From NCBI GenBank assembly GCA_041752695.1, contig JBGSVZ010000005.1, forward strand, positions 32,001 to 96,000: a DNA stretch of 64,000 bases, read 5' to 3'. This DNA is from Terrimicrobiaceae bacterium (GTDB taxonomy: Bacteria; Verrucomicrobiota; Verrucomicrobiia; Chthoniobacterales; Terrimicrobiaceae). Each line of letters starts with the position of its first letter. The first letter of the stretch is position 1. This document shows positions 37,367-47,282 of this stretch, piece by piece. Under the pieces are notes generated by a model, which saw only the letters and a list, made by a program, of their open reading frames with translations, had not been told where the DNA came from and did no database searches. Position numbers and translations under genes: made by a program.

Positions 37367-38206
37367 TCAGGAAGCGGGGGGCGGCGGAGTGGGGGTTGGT
37401 TCAGCCCCTTGATTTCCGGTATTTCCAGCCCCCCCTGCCGATCCCGCGGACCCGGGAGAAAAGACGGCACCTTGATTGATAACACCCTGATCGCCGCTGA
37501 AGGCGGTTTCCCCCAGCTGGTCGCTGGCAAAATTATCCGCCATCACGAGAAACTCGGGCGAGCCTGCGTAGGGGCTGAGGATTCCTTCGTTTACCAGGGC
37601 CTCATCCACCGCGAGTGCGAACGCGGCCTGTTCCTTGGTGGGAACGTTATCGATGGCAGAGTTCCGCAGGGATTTGACGAGTGATGCCACCGCGGTCTGT
37701 CCCAAGCCTTTCACCGAAACACCAGTGATCAAAGCGATCAGCCGGGTTGCGTCCTTCAGGTCTTCCGGAAGGCCTTTGAGGGCGGCACGGGCGATCTTGA
37801 GACGATTCTCTGGAGACTGGCCGCCGGGCAGTTCTTTTAACATTTCGATGGCGGATGCCACGATTGCCGGTGAGTCGGACGGGTTTTGGCGCACCAAGGC
37901 GGTGACAGCGTTCGCCAGCGAATCGACCGTCAGTGTGCCCGCCGATGTGCCGAGGGACTTCAGTTTCGCCATGGTCGCCGGTACGGCGACGGTGTTGACG
38001 ATCTCTTTGGAATAGGCATCGGGTGGGTTTACTAGAAGGACGACATCGTTCTGGTATCGAGAAACCAGCAGAGCGAGTTGTTCTTTGTCCGTTGCTTGCG
38101 CCCCATTGACTCCTCCGAGAGGGAAATCCATGGGCACCGTGATCAACGCCAAGGCGTAGGGAAGGGACACCGCGGCCAGTCCGAAAAGCAGGAAGATCTT
38201 TTTCAT
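37367..38206 (-). CDS. Hypothetical secreted Ala-rich helical protein with Gly/Pro-rich tail
   Basis: Signal peptide MKKIFLLFGLAAV; ends GSAGGAG...PTPTPPPPAS. Confidence 0.7.
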   Translation of the reverse strand: MKKIFLLFGLAAVSLPYALALITVPMDFPLGGVNGAQATDKEQLALLVSRYQNDVVLLVNPPDAYSKEIVNTVAVPATMAKLKSLGTSAGTLTVDSLANAVTALVRQNPSDSPAIVASAIEMLKELPGGQSPENRLKIARAALKGLPEDLKDATRLIALITGVSVKGLGQTAVASLVKSLRNSAIDNVPTKEQAAFALAVDEALVNEGILSPYAGSPEFLVMADNFASDQLGETAFSGDQGVINQGAVFSPGSAGSAGGAGNTGNQGAEPTPTPPPPAS

Positions 38207-38477
38207 CGCTATAGAGAGACAAGACCACTGGGCCCTGGCTTTGTCCAGTCACAAATGGCGGCCTTAGGTTGTGCAACCTGTTGAAAATCAGGATTTAACG
38301 ACGATTTGTCTGCGGAGAGTTTCGCTGCGAAATGTTGATCTTCAAAGACTTGCACGAGCGAAAGGGTGGGCGTGGGCGGACTCAAGAAATTGTCCACATT
38401 TCCGAAAATTCCGCACGGCTGGGAAAATCCAAACCGCGTATCACTGTCTCGAACGGGGGGCTTGGCGGTGACGAGGC

Positions 38478-40349
38478 CTAAGTGGCGTCGGGCAGAATTT
38501 CTTTCGTCAGTCGGGAAATCCCCTGTTTGGCGAATTCGCTGGTCTTGTACTCCTTCTGCGCCTTGAGGTACCAGGCCAGACTGGAGCCGGCCTGTTTCTT
38601 TTCCTCGAGGATTTCGGCCTGGCGGATGGCCCGGACAAAATCCGCGGCCTTGGTGGTGAGGTCGGCGCGGATCTGATTGAGTTTATTGTCGTCGGGGAAC
38701 GTGCGGAAAGCGGTTTCCGCGCTCTCCCAGGCCCCGGCGTAGTCGCCGCGTTTTTCGATCTCCTGGGCCTGGATGATCGCCTTCTCGATGGTCTGCATGT
38801 CCGTGAGGACTTTGCGGAGCTGCTCTTGCTTTTCCGGATACATGGCAGTCGCGGCGATGAAGCGCATCTGATCGTCAAAGATCTGGCGGTAATTTTTCTG
38901 GCTGAGGAGTTGATCAAAATCGACCAGGGCGCGGGCTTGGACATCGCCTTGATTGAAGATCGTGCCCGCCACGGTCTTGAGATCGGGGTTCCGCGGCCAG
39001 ATTTCCATGGCGGCGCGGAGTTCGGTCTCCAGGGTATCCTTGTCGCCGCTCACGGCAGCGTTGCGCGCCTTGGCGATATGCATGGCGGAAACCTGTCTCG
39101 CCGTCTCGATCGCGGCGGTCGCCTTGGAGGTGTCGATGTCTTTCGCCGACTCATTGAGTTCGAGAACGAGCTTTTCGGCCAGCGTGTAGTCCTTCACCTG
39201 AATGGCGCTGATGAGCTGGTTGCCCTTTTTGACGAAGGCCAGTGCTTTCCGTTTGTCATCGCGGTCGAGCGTGCGCACGCTGGGGAGGTATTCGCCGATG
39301 AGGAAGGTTTCCGCCAGGCGTTTGCTGGCACTTTCCATTTCGCCCTTTTCCAGGAGGTATTTAAACGACTGAACGCCTTCATTCACATCGCGCATGATTT
39401 CATTGGCGAGCGAATCAATCGTGCCGAGGGTCGGAGGCATGCCAGTGGTCTTCGAGAAAAGGCTCTTGGCGTCTTCGCCCACCCGCAGCTGGCTGTCGCC
39501 GTCCGAAAAGACGCTGCGGTAAAACCGCGTGCCGATCACCGCATGCTGGTAGCGGCGCTGGAGAAAATGCTGGACGATGAGGGCCTGAAACTCAATTTTG
39601 ACCTGTAACTCGGCGACTTCCTTTTTCAGTTGATTTGCCTTGAGCAGCGCATTGATTTCCGCGAGGCGCGTGAGAATCGGCTGCATCTCCATGTCGCGTT
39701 TGGTCTGTTGCTGTTTTTGCCATTCCGCGGCAAATCCTTCCTTCTTCGAGCTGCCTCCGCCGCTCTGCAAAAGACTTCCCTCCGCGGCCATCTTGGCGTT
39801 CCACTCCAGCCGCTTGCGCTCGGTTTCGAGGCTCTTGTTGGCATTCATCATGCGCTCGTTGTTGTTCCGGGCCAGCCAGGCGGCATAGACTTGAAACGCA
39901 ATGGAGTCGCAGAGATTGGCATCATCTGGGAACTGCGAGGCCTTGGCCAGGAGGTTGAACGCTTCGTCCATCGACTGGGGCGTCACTTTGCCGGGGGAAA
40001 GCCGGTCCATGATCTTGTCGACGATGGCCTGATATTCGGCATCCGACTCCGTGGTCTGCGCCGGGGCGCTGAGGAACTTTTCGAAGCGGGCCTCAAAGAC
40101 GCGGTTGTTATTGATGTTCCAGCTCTTGCCATCCCAGGTGGCGATTTCTCCGCCCGGGTCGATGAAGGGAATGTCTTTCCCCAGAAAACTGGAGCCGCCG
40201 TCATTGGCCGCTGGAGCACCGCTTTGTCCGCCGTTTGAAGTCTGCGCCGGGGGGGCGGGAGCCGGAGCCGGGGCGGGAGGCTGCGCGTCGGGAACTTGGG
40301 CGGAAGCGAGGCCAGCTGAGGCCAGAAGTGCGGCAAGGGGGAATTTCAT
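38478..40349 (-). CDS. Hypothetical secreted coiled-coil/TPR-like protein
   Basis: Signal peptide, Pro/Ala linker, helical body with TPR-like segments (GDYAGAWESAETAFRTFPDD). Confidence 0.8.
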   Translation of the reverse strand: MKFPLAALLASAGLASAQVPDAQPPAPAPAPAPPAQTSNGGQSGAPAANDGGSSFLGKDIPFIDPGGEIATWDGKSWNINNNRVFEARFEKFLSAPAQTTESDAEYQAIVDKIMDRLSPGKVTPQSMDEAFNLLAKASQFPDDANLCDSIAFQVYAAWLARNNNERMMNANKSLETERKRLEWNAKMAAEGSLLQSGGGSSKKEGFAAEWQKQQQTKRDMEMQPILTRLAEINALLKANQLKKEVAELQVKIEFQALIVQHFLQRRYQHAVIGTRFYRSVFSDGDSQLRVGEDAKSLFSKTTGMPPTLGTIDSLANEIMRDVNEGVQSFKYLLEKGEMESASKRLAETFLIGEYLPSVRTLDRDDKRKALAFVKKGNQLISAIQVKDYTLAEKLVLELNESAKDIDTSKATAAIETARQVSAMHIAKARNAAVSGDKDTLETELRAAMEIWPRNPDLKTVAGTIFNQGDVQARALVDFDQLLSQKNYRQIFDDQMRFIAATAMYPEKQEQLRKVLTDMQTIEKAIIQAQEIEKRGDYAGAWESAETAFRTFPDDNKLNQIRADLTTKAADFVRAIRQAEILEEKKQAGSSLAWYLKAQKEYKTSEFAKQGISRLTKEILPDAT

Positions 40350-40744
40350 GCTTTGGTCAGGTCCTTCGTCCGGAGCATACCATCGTCATCCACTTCGAGC
40401 AAAAAAATAAACCGCTGCCCTTTCTGCACATTCACGTCGTTAAACTTCGTGGTGATCAGGACGGGCAACACATCGTTGCTGTCGTCCACGCTGATGGCAA
40501 AAAGCCGGCCGGACGAGGGCGACCAGGCGAGGGATTCCTCCACCTTGCCTTCAATTTTGTAGACATTGCCGCGCAGGCTGTTGGCATTTTCCAGATAGGC
40601 CCGGACGTCCAGCGTGGCGGTCGTCCGAAACGGTTCGGAGGCCACACCAAGAAACAATCGGGATCCGATAAAGGCTGCGACCACCAGAACGGCAGCCAAC
40701 ACAATCCACATCGGTTTCAGGGAACTTTTACTTCTTCTCGCCAC
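40346..40744 (-). CDS. Hypothetical single-TM protein with a small beta-rich (OB-fold-like) domain
   Basis: Basic N-terminus + TM + beta-rich domain; ATGA overlap with the downstream gene. Confidence 0.75.
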   Translation of the reverse strand: MARRSKSSLKPMWIVLAAVLVVAAFIGSRLFLGVASEPFRTTATLDVRAYLENANSLRGNVYKIEGKVEESLAWSPSSGRLFAISVDDSNDVLPVLITTKFNDVNVQKGQRFIFLLEVDDDGMLRTKDLTKA

Positions 40745-40799
40745 ACTTCTGAGTAGCCCTGCCCCTGGTGAACATCAAGAAATCTTCACGCCCCTCTTC

Positions 40800-41183
40800 T
40801 CAGGGGCCAACGACCACGTAGCCCAACTTTTCAAAAAACGCCCGCACGCGGTCGGGCTGGTCGCCTTGCAATTCAATCTCCCGGCCTTGCAGAGAACCGC
40901 CACACCCAAGGGATTTCCGGGAGTCGCGGCACAGATTCTCCAGTTCCGGCGGCGAGAGGTGGGTGGGAAGCTGGCTGACCACCACCACGGTTTTGCCGCC
41001 CCGATGAGACTTTTCGCGGCGCAGCACGATGCGGTGGCGGGTGCGTTTTTCCGAACGGTTTGGTGGGCGGGAGGGTGGGGCCGGAACGTCGGCGGGACCT
41101 TCCGGCAGTCCAGCGGAGTCCAACGACGCGAACGGGGACTGCAACGGGGACTGCGGAGCGGAAACGGGAATTTTTTTGCTCAT
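40800..41183 (-). CDS. Translation initiation factor SUI1/YciH family
   Basis: LRREKSHRGGKTV, LGCGGS, IELQGD. Confidence 0.88.
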   Translation of the reverse strand: MSKKIPVSAPQSPLQSPFASLDSAGLPEGPADVPAPPSRPPNRSEKRTRHRIVLRREKSHRGGKTVVVVSQLPTHLSPPELENLCRDSRKSLGCGGSLQGREIELQGDQPDRVRAFFEKLGYVVVGP

Positions 41184-41257
41184 CAAAGTGGGTGAAACTT
41201 TTCGCGAACTGCCTCGGCGCGTTGGAAGTCTCGTCCAGGCTCCGCTGACCGGACAAC

Positions 41258-41893
41258 CTAGTCGCCGATGGTGACCACCGTGCCAGACGGCGCATTCTCA
41301 AAAAACAGCCGGGCAATTTCATCAGGGAGACGGACACAGCCATGAGAAGCGGGATAGCCGGGAAGGACGCCGGTGTGCATGCCCACTCCACCGTCGGTGA
41401 GGCGCATGAACCAGCGCATGGGGGCGCCGCGATAGACGGTTCCGCTCGGCGCGGAGTCGATTTTTGTGCTGACACCGGAACGGACGACCCGTCCTGTCCG
41501 GGGATTGATGAACTCGCCGTAGATGTTCGAGCGGTGATCCTTGTTTTTCTGCGTGATCTTGAAAGTGCCCTTCGGGGTCATCCCAGCGCGTTTGCCGGAG
41601 GAAATGGGGGTGTCGATCGCGATTTCTTCGCCGACAAAGAAGAACGCTCTTTGCTTGCCCAGAGAGATGGAGATGGAGACATTCTCCGGCGTGGCTTTCT
41701 CCAATACCCTCGGATGCACTTTGGGCGGATCCTGTTTTCTGATGAGCTCCGAAGCCTTTTTTTGTTTTTTGGGCAACGGAGTCGCACCGGTCTGTTGCTG
41801 CGCCAGCGCCTGGCCGAAAACAAACGTCGCCACGAGGAGGGCGATTGCGGGAAAGGCGGGAAATTTGATTTCCGGAATAAAGGCGCGGGTCAT
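41258..41893 (-). CDS. L,D-transpeptidase (YkuD family)
   Basis: ISSGK...TPKG and VGMHTG..PGYPASHGCVRLP catalytic motifs; signal-like N-terminus. Start set at ATG 41893. Confidence 0.88.
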   Translation of the reverse strand: MTRAFIPEIKFPAFPAIALLVATFVFGQALAQQQTGATPLPKKQKKASELIRKQDPPKVHPRVLEKATPENVSISISLGKQRAFFFVGEEIAIDTPISSGKRAGMTPKGTFKITQKNKDHRSNIYGEFINPRTGRVVRSGVSTKIDSAPSGTVYRGAPMRWFMRLTDGGVGMHTGVLPGYPASHGCVRLPDEIARLFFENAPSGTVVTIGD

Positions 41894-41953
41894 TGTGTTG
41901 GCACGGATGCCCTTCCGCTTAATCGTTGCCGCCGGATTTCGCAACGAGATTCC

Positions 41954-43789
41954 ATGAACGTCTGCCGCATACTTGTTCTGCTCTGCCTGGTTGCGGCGGG
42001 ATCGACCCTGGCTGCACCGAAAGAACCACCCAGTCCACCACCGCCGCCGATGCCGCAGGCGCAGAACGTCACGATCTTCCGGGGCCGTTCGGTGGAGATC
42101 CCGCTTCGCGCCATCGGTCGTGCTCCGAGCCAGTTGAAATTTCTCATCCGCACGCCCCCCAAATATGGCCGTCTCGGCGAGATCCGTTTCACCGGGCGCA
42201 AGACGGCGGTGGTGACCTATTCCCACGACGAAAAGGCGACCGCAGCGTACGATAGTTTTACCTATGCGGTGCAGGCGGTCGATACGGCGGTTTCCGCGGC
42301 GGGTACGGTTCACATAGCCATCTCGGAGGAACCGCCCGCGTTGTCCGTTGTCCATACGCTCGATTTCGGGCAGCTCTGGGTGGGAGAAACGCGCGAGGAG
42401 GAAATCACGGTCCTGAACACCGGAGGAGGTTCTCTCGCCGGTCGGATGATCGTTTCCGAACCCTGGCGGATCCTGGGTTCGGCCGAATACCGCCTTGCCC
42501 GCAAGGAGCAGAAAAGAGTGCGTGTCCTCTTCGCGCCAGCGGATGCGGGGGAGTTTGCCGCCCGACTGCTCTTTAGTCACGACACGCGTTCCAGTGTCAC
42601 TCTGTCGGGGGCGGCGGAGGCACCCCTGGAGTTCGCGCCGGCCGACGAGCTGCTGCTTTCCCCCGAAGCTGGAAAAACCACCCGTGCCGGAAGCCTCTCC
42701 ATCCGCAATCGCACACCGGCTGAGCGTGCGGTGGAGATTTCCGTTCCAGACACCATCGAGGCGCCGGAGGAAATTGTCGTTCCGGCCAATGGCGAGACGA
42801 CCGTGGAACTTCGGACCAAACCGGGGTTTTTGGCGGCGCTGGAAGATCGGGTGGATTTGCAAAGCGACCGCTATCAACGCAGCGTACCTTTGCGCGTCCT
42901 GGCCATGCCGCCCGTGTTGCGGGCAGAACCCGAAAGCCTCGACTTCGGTACGGTTCCCCTTAAATTTCCCACCCGCAAAACACTCACCGTTGTCAACGAC
43001 GGCGGTTCCCTGGCACGGATGCGCCTGGAAACGCCTCCTGAAGTTCTTCTGATTCCCGACCCCAACGCCACCGTGCTGGCACCCGGGGAGAAACGCATGT
43101 TTGAAGTGGAGCTGGAGGTATCGGGCACCGGGACGTTTCGCAAAAACATCAACGTTGCCACGGAGGGGGCTTCCGCTTTGACCATTCCCCTTTCGGCCGT
43201 CGGCATCGCCGGCGAACCCCAGCCAAAATCCACGCTACCGGCTCAGACTCATCCCTCCGTGAAGCGGGATCTCCCTTCGTCGCTTCCTCCGCGGATTCTC
43301 GTGGAAGAAATCCCCGCCGGGACCTTGAGCAACATTCCCCCTGTGACCGAATTTCAGACGGTCGTGATTTCTCCATCCTCCTTGGAAATCAAATGGAAAA
43401 AGCCCGCGCCCAATGCTGTTACGACGTTGATCGAATACCGCAGCATCGAGCCGGGAATTAACGGTCCCGCCAAACTCATCTGGCACAAATGGCAGGGCGC
43501 CGCCGTGCGCGAGGAATCGGGGAATGTTGTCGCCCTGTTCGGCAATCTTCCCCTCGGACGCACTTGGTACATCCGCTTCACCTCGCTGGACGAAACCGGC
43601 CGCCGCTCCCGCCCGTCTCCCACACTTTTGCTGGCCACACCCCCGGCTCCTCCCGTCAGGTGGCAGTGGTGGGTCCTCGGCGTGGTCGTTGTCGGCGGAG
43701 TCGTTTACGCCATCGTCCTCATCCGACGGGGACGTGAAGCCGAAGACCAGGCCGACGCCGATCGGCTGGCCAAGCTGGGGAAGGTTTGA
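41954..43789 (+). CDS. Membrane-anchored surface protein with Ig-like/ASH (choice-of-anchor-D-like) and FN3-like domains
   Basis: Signal peptide MNVCRILVLL; YDSFTYAV; two LDFG..VxNxGG units; C-terminal TM followed by RRGR. Confidence 0.75.
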   Translation: MNVCRILVLLCLVAAGSTLAAPKEPPSPPPPPMPQAQNVTIFRGRSVEIPLRAIGRAPSQLKFLIRTPPKYGRLGEIRFTGRKTAVVTYSHDEKATAAYDSFTYAVQAVDTAVSAAGTVHIAISEEPPALSVVHTLDFGQLWVGETREEEITVLNTGGGSLAGRMIVSEPWRILGSAEYRLARKEQKRVRVLFAPADAGEFAARLLFSHDTRSSVTLSGAAEAPLEFAPADELLLSPEAGKTTRAGSLSIRNRTPAERAVEISVPDTIEAPEEIVVPANGETTVELRTKPGFLAALEDRVDLQSDRYQRSVPLRVLAMPPVLRAEPESLDFGTVPLKFPTRKTLTVVNDGGSLARMRLETPPEVLLIPDPNATVLAPGEKRMFEVELEVSGTGTFRKNINVATEGASALTIPLSAVGIAGEPQPKSTLPAQTHPSVKRDLPSSLPPRILVEEIPAGTLSNIPPVTEFQTVVISPSSLEIKWKKPAPNAVTTLIEYRSIEPGINGPAKLIWHKWQGAAVREESGNVVALFGNLPLGRTWYIRFTSLDETGRRSRPSPTLLLATPPAPPVRWQWWVLGVVVVGGVVYAIVLIRRGREAEDQADADRLAKLGKV

Positions 43790-43813
43790 AAGGCGGGTGG
43801 CCCGTCCGCGGCG

Positions 43814-45106
43814 TCAGACAAAGGCCCCCTGCTCGCGCAGGGTTTCGCGGAGGAGAGCGGCATCGAGATCGCGGGTGGACTTCAGACCCGCCCTGACGCA
43901 CAAAGCGGCCGCAGTACCCGCGGCCTGCCCGATGGCCATGACCTGCGGGGTGATGCGGATTGCGGCGTGGGCTTCGTGGGTCGAGTCGAGGCATCGGGAG
44001 GCGATAAGAAGATTCGCGATGCCGCGGGCGCGGATGCTGCGATAGGGGATTTCATACCATTTGCCCTCTGGCGGATGAATGCGCTGGGTGCCTTCACCGG
44101 TGGGACTGTGGATGTCGATGAACCAGTCGCCTCGCGCAATGCAGTCCTCAAACGGCACGACGTCGATGATATCCTGCGCGGTGATGGTGTAATCGCCGGA
44201 AATGCGCCGAGTCTCGCGCACGCCGATGTGGGAGGGCGTTTCGGAAACGGTGGCGTTTTCGAAGCCGGGGATGTTTTTCCGCATGAAGGCCGCGACCTCG
44301 GCGACCTGGCGGCGTCCTTCGATGGTGGCTTCCGTGACGTCCCGCACCTTTGTGCCATCCTTACCCACAATGCGGGTGGTGTTGAAGTTCCATTGTCCCG
44401 GCCGGGGGTTCGGCCCGGCCAGCACGTCCTCGCGGGGGACGGTGACTTCGCCGCGGGCTTTGGCGGCCTGCCAGGCGAGGGTAAAATCGGGATCGGCTGT
44501 TTTGGCTTCGAGCGCGCGCTCTGTTTCGACGCCGTCCATTTTGAAAATCATCGTCATCGGTTGCACCCCACCGTCGCTTTCGCGGCCCTGGGCGAACGGC
44601 ACCCCGGCGCGGACACAGACGTCACCGTCCCCGGAGGCGTCGATGATTTGCTTGCCGAGTATGACCTGGCGGCCTTCCTTGGACTCCACAATCACTCCGG
44701 TCACGCGGTCCCCTTCGCGGATGACATCGGCGACTAGGACAAAAAAGTAGGGGATCACCCCCGCTTCGACGACGAGTTTGTCGAGGACGCTCTTGGCGAT
44801 CTCGCTGTCATAAGTGCCGCCCCGGCCGGGTTGATCGCTGAACGCCGCCCAACCGCCCTGGCGGGCGAGGCCCTCGACGACTTCGAGAAAAATTCCGCGG
44901 ACAAACGGGAAAGGCATGACCGCGCTGAGGATGCCAGCCGTCCACGTACCGCCGAAGCTGCCGAAACGTTCGACGAGAATCGTCCGCGCTCCATTACGGG
45001 CCGCCGCGATGGCGGCTCCGACCCCGCCGGGTCCCCCGCCAAGCACGAGCACATCCGCTTCATCCAACACCGGGAGGGCTTTGGCCGGTTCCTGATACGT
45101 CTTCAT
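43814..45106 (-). CDS. FAD-dependent oxidoreductase (PF12831-like)
   Basis: DVLVLGGGPGG, IDASGDGD, GVRETRRI, YEIPYR, MAIGQAAG. Confidence 0.88.
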   Translation of the reverse strand: MKTYQEPAKALPVLDEADVLVLGGGPGGVGAAIAAARNGARTILVERFGSFGGTWTAGILSAVMPFPFVRGIFLEVVEGLARQGGWAAFSDQPGRGGTYDSEIAKSVLDKLVVEAGVIPYFFVLVADVIREGDRVTGVIVESKEGRQVILGKQIIDASGDGDVCVRAGVPFAQGRESDGGVQPMTMIFKMDGVETERALEAKTADPDFTLAWQAAKARGEVTVPREDVLAGPNPRPGQWNFNTTRIVGKDGTKVRDVTEATIEGRRQVAEVAAFMRKNIPGFENATVSETPSHIGVRETRRISGDYTITAQDIIDVVPFEDCIARGDWFIDIHSPTGEGTQRIHPPEGKWYEIPYRSIRARGIANLLIASRCLDSTHEAHAAIRITPQVMAIGQAAGTAAALCVRAGLKSTRDLDAALLRETLREQGAFV

Positions 45107-45195
45107 CAAGTCACGATGGCAGGCATGACTCAATTTGCCAGCGAAGGAGCTTGCTGAACTTACAGAAAAACTTACATAATAACCTGATGCAAGGC

Positions 45196-46041
45196 ATGGA
45201 AATGAAATTGACGGTGGAGGATTGGTCGTCTCTGCGTGCCCGGCTGCTTTGGTGTTACCAAGGTGAGGTCGCGCCTTCGAATCGTCGGGAAATAACTCAA
45301 GGGCGGCGTCTGACGGCTTGGTGGATTCATGCTGGCGCGGTGACGGTGACGAGTCGGGGAAAATCATTAAGTGCGGGCGAGGGCGACTGGATTTTTTGCG
45401 GTCCCGAACCGTGGGAGCAGAGTTTCACGGGAAAGGCTCGATTGCTCTCGATCAACTTCCACCTGGAGTGGCCCTCGGGTGACTCGCTGGTCGAACCGTT
45501 TTTTGTCATCCCGGCCGCTGATCATCCGGCCCTGGCGGCGGCAGCGAAACCACTCCTGGCTTTGCTCCGTCGGAAATTTCCCGGTGTTCGCGTGGACCTC
45601 CAGGGACTCTCCGCCAGTCCGACGGCGTTTTTTCAGCTGCAGCAACTTTTTTCCGCCTGGGTGCTGGCCTATCTCGAAACCGTGCTGGCTCTCGGGGTGC
45701 TGCCGGCGCGTATGACGGGAGTGGACCCGCGGGTGCAGGCGGCTCTGCGCCTGCTGGACCGGCAGGGCTGGGAGGTGCGGTATCGCGAGGAGGCGCTTGC
45801 CCGGCAAGTGGGTTTAAGCGTCGGGCACCTCGACCGGCTTTTTGTTCATCAGATGGGGACGACTCCCCGGGGTTATCTGCAAAAACGACGGTTGGAGTCC
45901 GCGCGCGCCCGGCTGCGGGAGCCGGTCATGGCCATCAAAAAAGTGGCGTATGAACTCGGCTTCTCGTCGCCGGCGCATTTCAGTCATTGGTTCCGCGAGG
46001 CCACCGGGCAATCGCCCCGGGAGTTTCGCGCCGCGGACTGA
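45196..46041 (+). CDS. AraC family transcriptional regulator
   Basis: LARQVGLSVGHLDRLF...IKKVAYELGFSSPAHFSHWF..TGQSPREFR. Start could be 45187, 45196 or 45202. Confidence 0.88.
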   Translation: MEMKLTVEDWSSLRARLLWCYQGEVAPSNRREITQGRRLTAWWIHAGAVTVTSRGKSLSAGEGDWIFCGPEPWEQSFTGKARLLSINFHLEWPSGDSLVEPFFVIPAADHPALAAAAKPLLALLRRKFPGVRVDLQGLSASPTAFFQLQQLFSAWVLAYLETVLALGVLPARMTGVDPRVQAALRLLDRQGWEVRYREEALARQVGLSVGHLDRLFVHQMGTTPRGYLQKRRLESARARLREPVMAIKKVAYELGFSSPAHFSHWFREATGQSPREFRAAD

Positions 46042-46153
46042 AACGGGATTTTCCGTCTGAGCAGGCGCCCTGGCCGTTTTGCGCCTTGGGACATGATTCT
46101 TGTTGCCTGGGCGCGACCCGCCGCAGACACTGGGCGTTCCACTACCTCTCGAC

Positions 46154-47164
46154 ATGCAACTCGGAATGATCGGTCTCGGCAGGATGGGCGCCAACATGGT
46201 TCGGCGGCTCATGAAACAAGGACACGAATGCGTCGTTTTCGACACCAACCCGGAGACGGTTGCCCAGCTGGTCAGCGAAGGAGCTATTGGCTCGGCTTCG
46301 CTGGCAGAATTTGCGGGTAAACTGTCCCAGCCGCGTAATGCCTGGGTGATGGTGCCCGCCGCCATCACGGACAAAGTGGTTGACGACCTGGCGTCGCATT
46401 TTGTGACGGACGACACCATCATCGACGGTGGCAATTCGTATTTTCGCGATGATCGCCGCCGCAGTGCCCGGCTGCGTCAGGCTGGCATCCATTATCTCGA
46501 CGTCGGCACCAGCGGCGGCGTGTGGGGACTTGAACGCGGATATTGCATGATGATCGGCGGAGACAAGGAAGCCGTGGATCGTCTCGATCCAATTTTTTCC
46601 ACCCTCGCACCCGGAATGGGCGATGTGCCGCGCACCCCGGGTCGGGAAAAACTCGGCGGAACGGCCGAACACGGTTATCTGCATTGCGGTCCATCGGGCG
46701 CCGGCCATTTCGTCAAGATGATCCACAACGGCATCGAATACGGCATGATGGCGGCTTACGGCGAAGGGTTTGATATTCTCGCCAATGCCAACGCCAGCCT
46801 GAAAAAAGGCCAGGCGGATGCGGAGACGGCACCGGTGGGCGACGACTATGTGTACGACATCAATCTGGCGGACGTTTCCGAAGTCTGGCGTCGGGGCAGC
46901 GTGGTGAGTTCCTGGCTGCTCGATCTGGCGGCCTCGGCCTTTGCCGAGAGTCCGAAGCTCGAGGAGTATTCCGGCCATGTGGCGGATTCGGGCGAGGGAC
47001 GTTGGACGATCATGGCGGCGATTGAGGAAGCGGTGGATTGCGACGTGCTGAGCGCGGCGTTGTTTGCCCGGTTCCGGTCCCGCAAGGACCACACGATGGC
47101 GGAGAAAGTTTGCTCGGCCATGCGGTTCCAGTTCGGCGGCCATCTCGAAAAGCCGGTCGTTTAA
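46154..47164 (+). CDS. gnd: 6-phosphogluconate dehydrogenase, decarboxylating (short type)
   Basis: [43 protein letters not shown]. Confidence 0.93.
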   Translation: MQLGMIGLGRMGANMVRRLMKQGHECVVFDTNPETVAQLVSEGAIGSASLAEFAGKLSQPRNAWVMVPAAITDKVVDDLASHFVTDDTIIDGGNSYFRDDRRRSARLRQAGIHYLDVGTSGGVWGLERGYCMMIGGDKEAVDRLDPIFSTLAPGMGDVPRTPGREKLGGTAEHGYLHCGPSGAGHFVKMIHNGIEYGMMAAYGEGFDILANANASLKKGQADAETAPVGDDYVYDINLADVSEVWRRGSVVSSWLLDLAASAFAESPKLEEYSGHVADSGEGRWTIMAAIEEAVDCDVLSAALFARFRSRKDHTMAEKVCSAMRFQFGGHLEKPVV

Positions 47165-47198
47165 AGGCGACGTTGACGCCCAATCAGGACGGCAGAAA

Positions 47199-47278
47199 TT
47201 TTACCGCGGATGAAGCGGATTGAGCGAATCAGAGGCAGGAAATTTATCCGCTTGATCCGCAAAATCCGCGGTTAAAAA
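47199..47278. repeat. Inverted arrays of 9-mer repeats (GCGGAT core, 3 + 3 units)
   Basis: TTTTACCGCGGAT GAAGCGGAT TGAGCGAAT ... ATCCGCTTG ATCCGCAAA ATCCGCGGTTAAAAA. Confidence 0.8.
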
Positions 47279-47282
47279 TCCT

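Noticed and set aside
38390..38398. DnaA-box-like TTGTCCACA
   Set aside because: Single mismatched box with no cluster, unwinding element or origin-linked genes.
41342..42877. Apparent 1.5-kb overlap between the L,D-transpeptidase and the Ig-domain gene
   Set aside because: Artefact of over-extended starts. Signal peptides place the starts at 41893 and 41954, so the genes are simply divergent.
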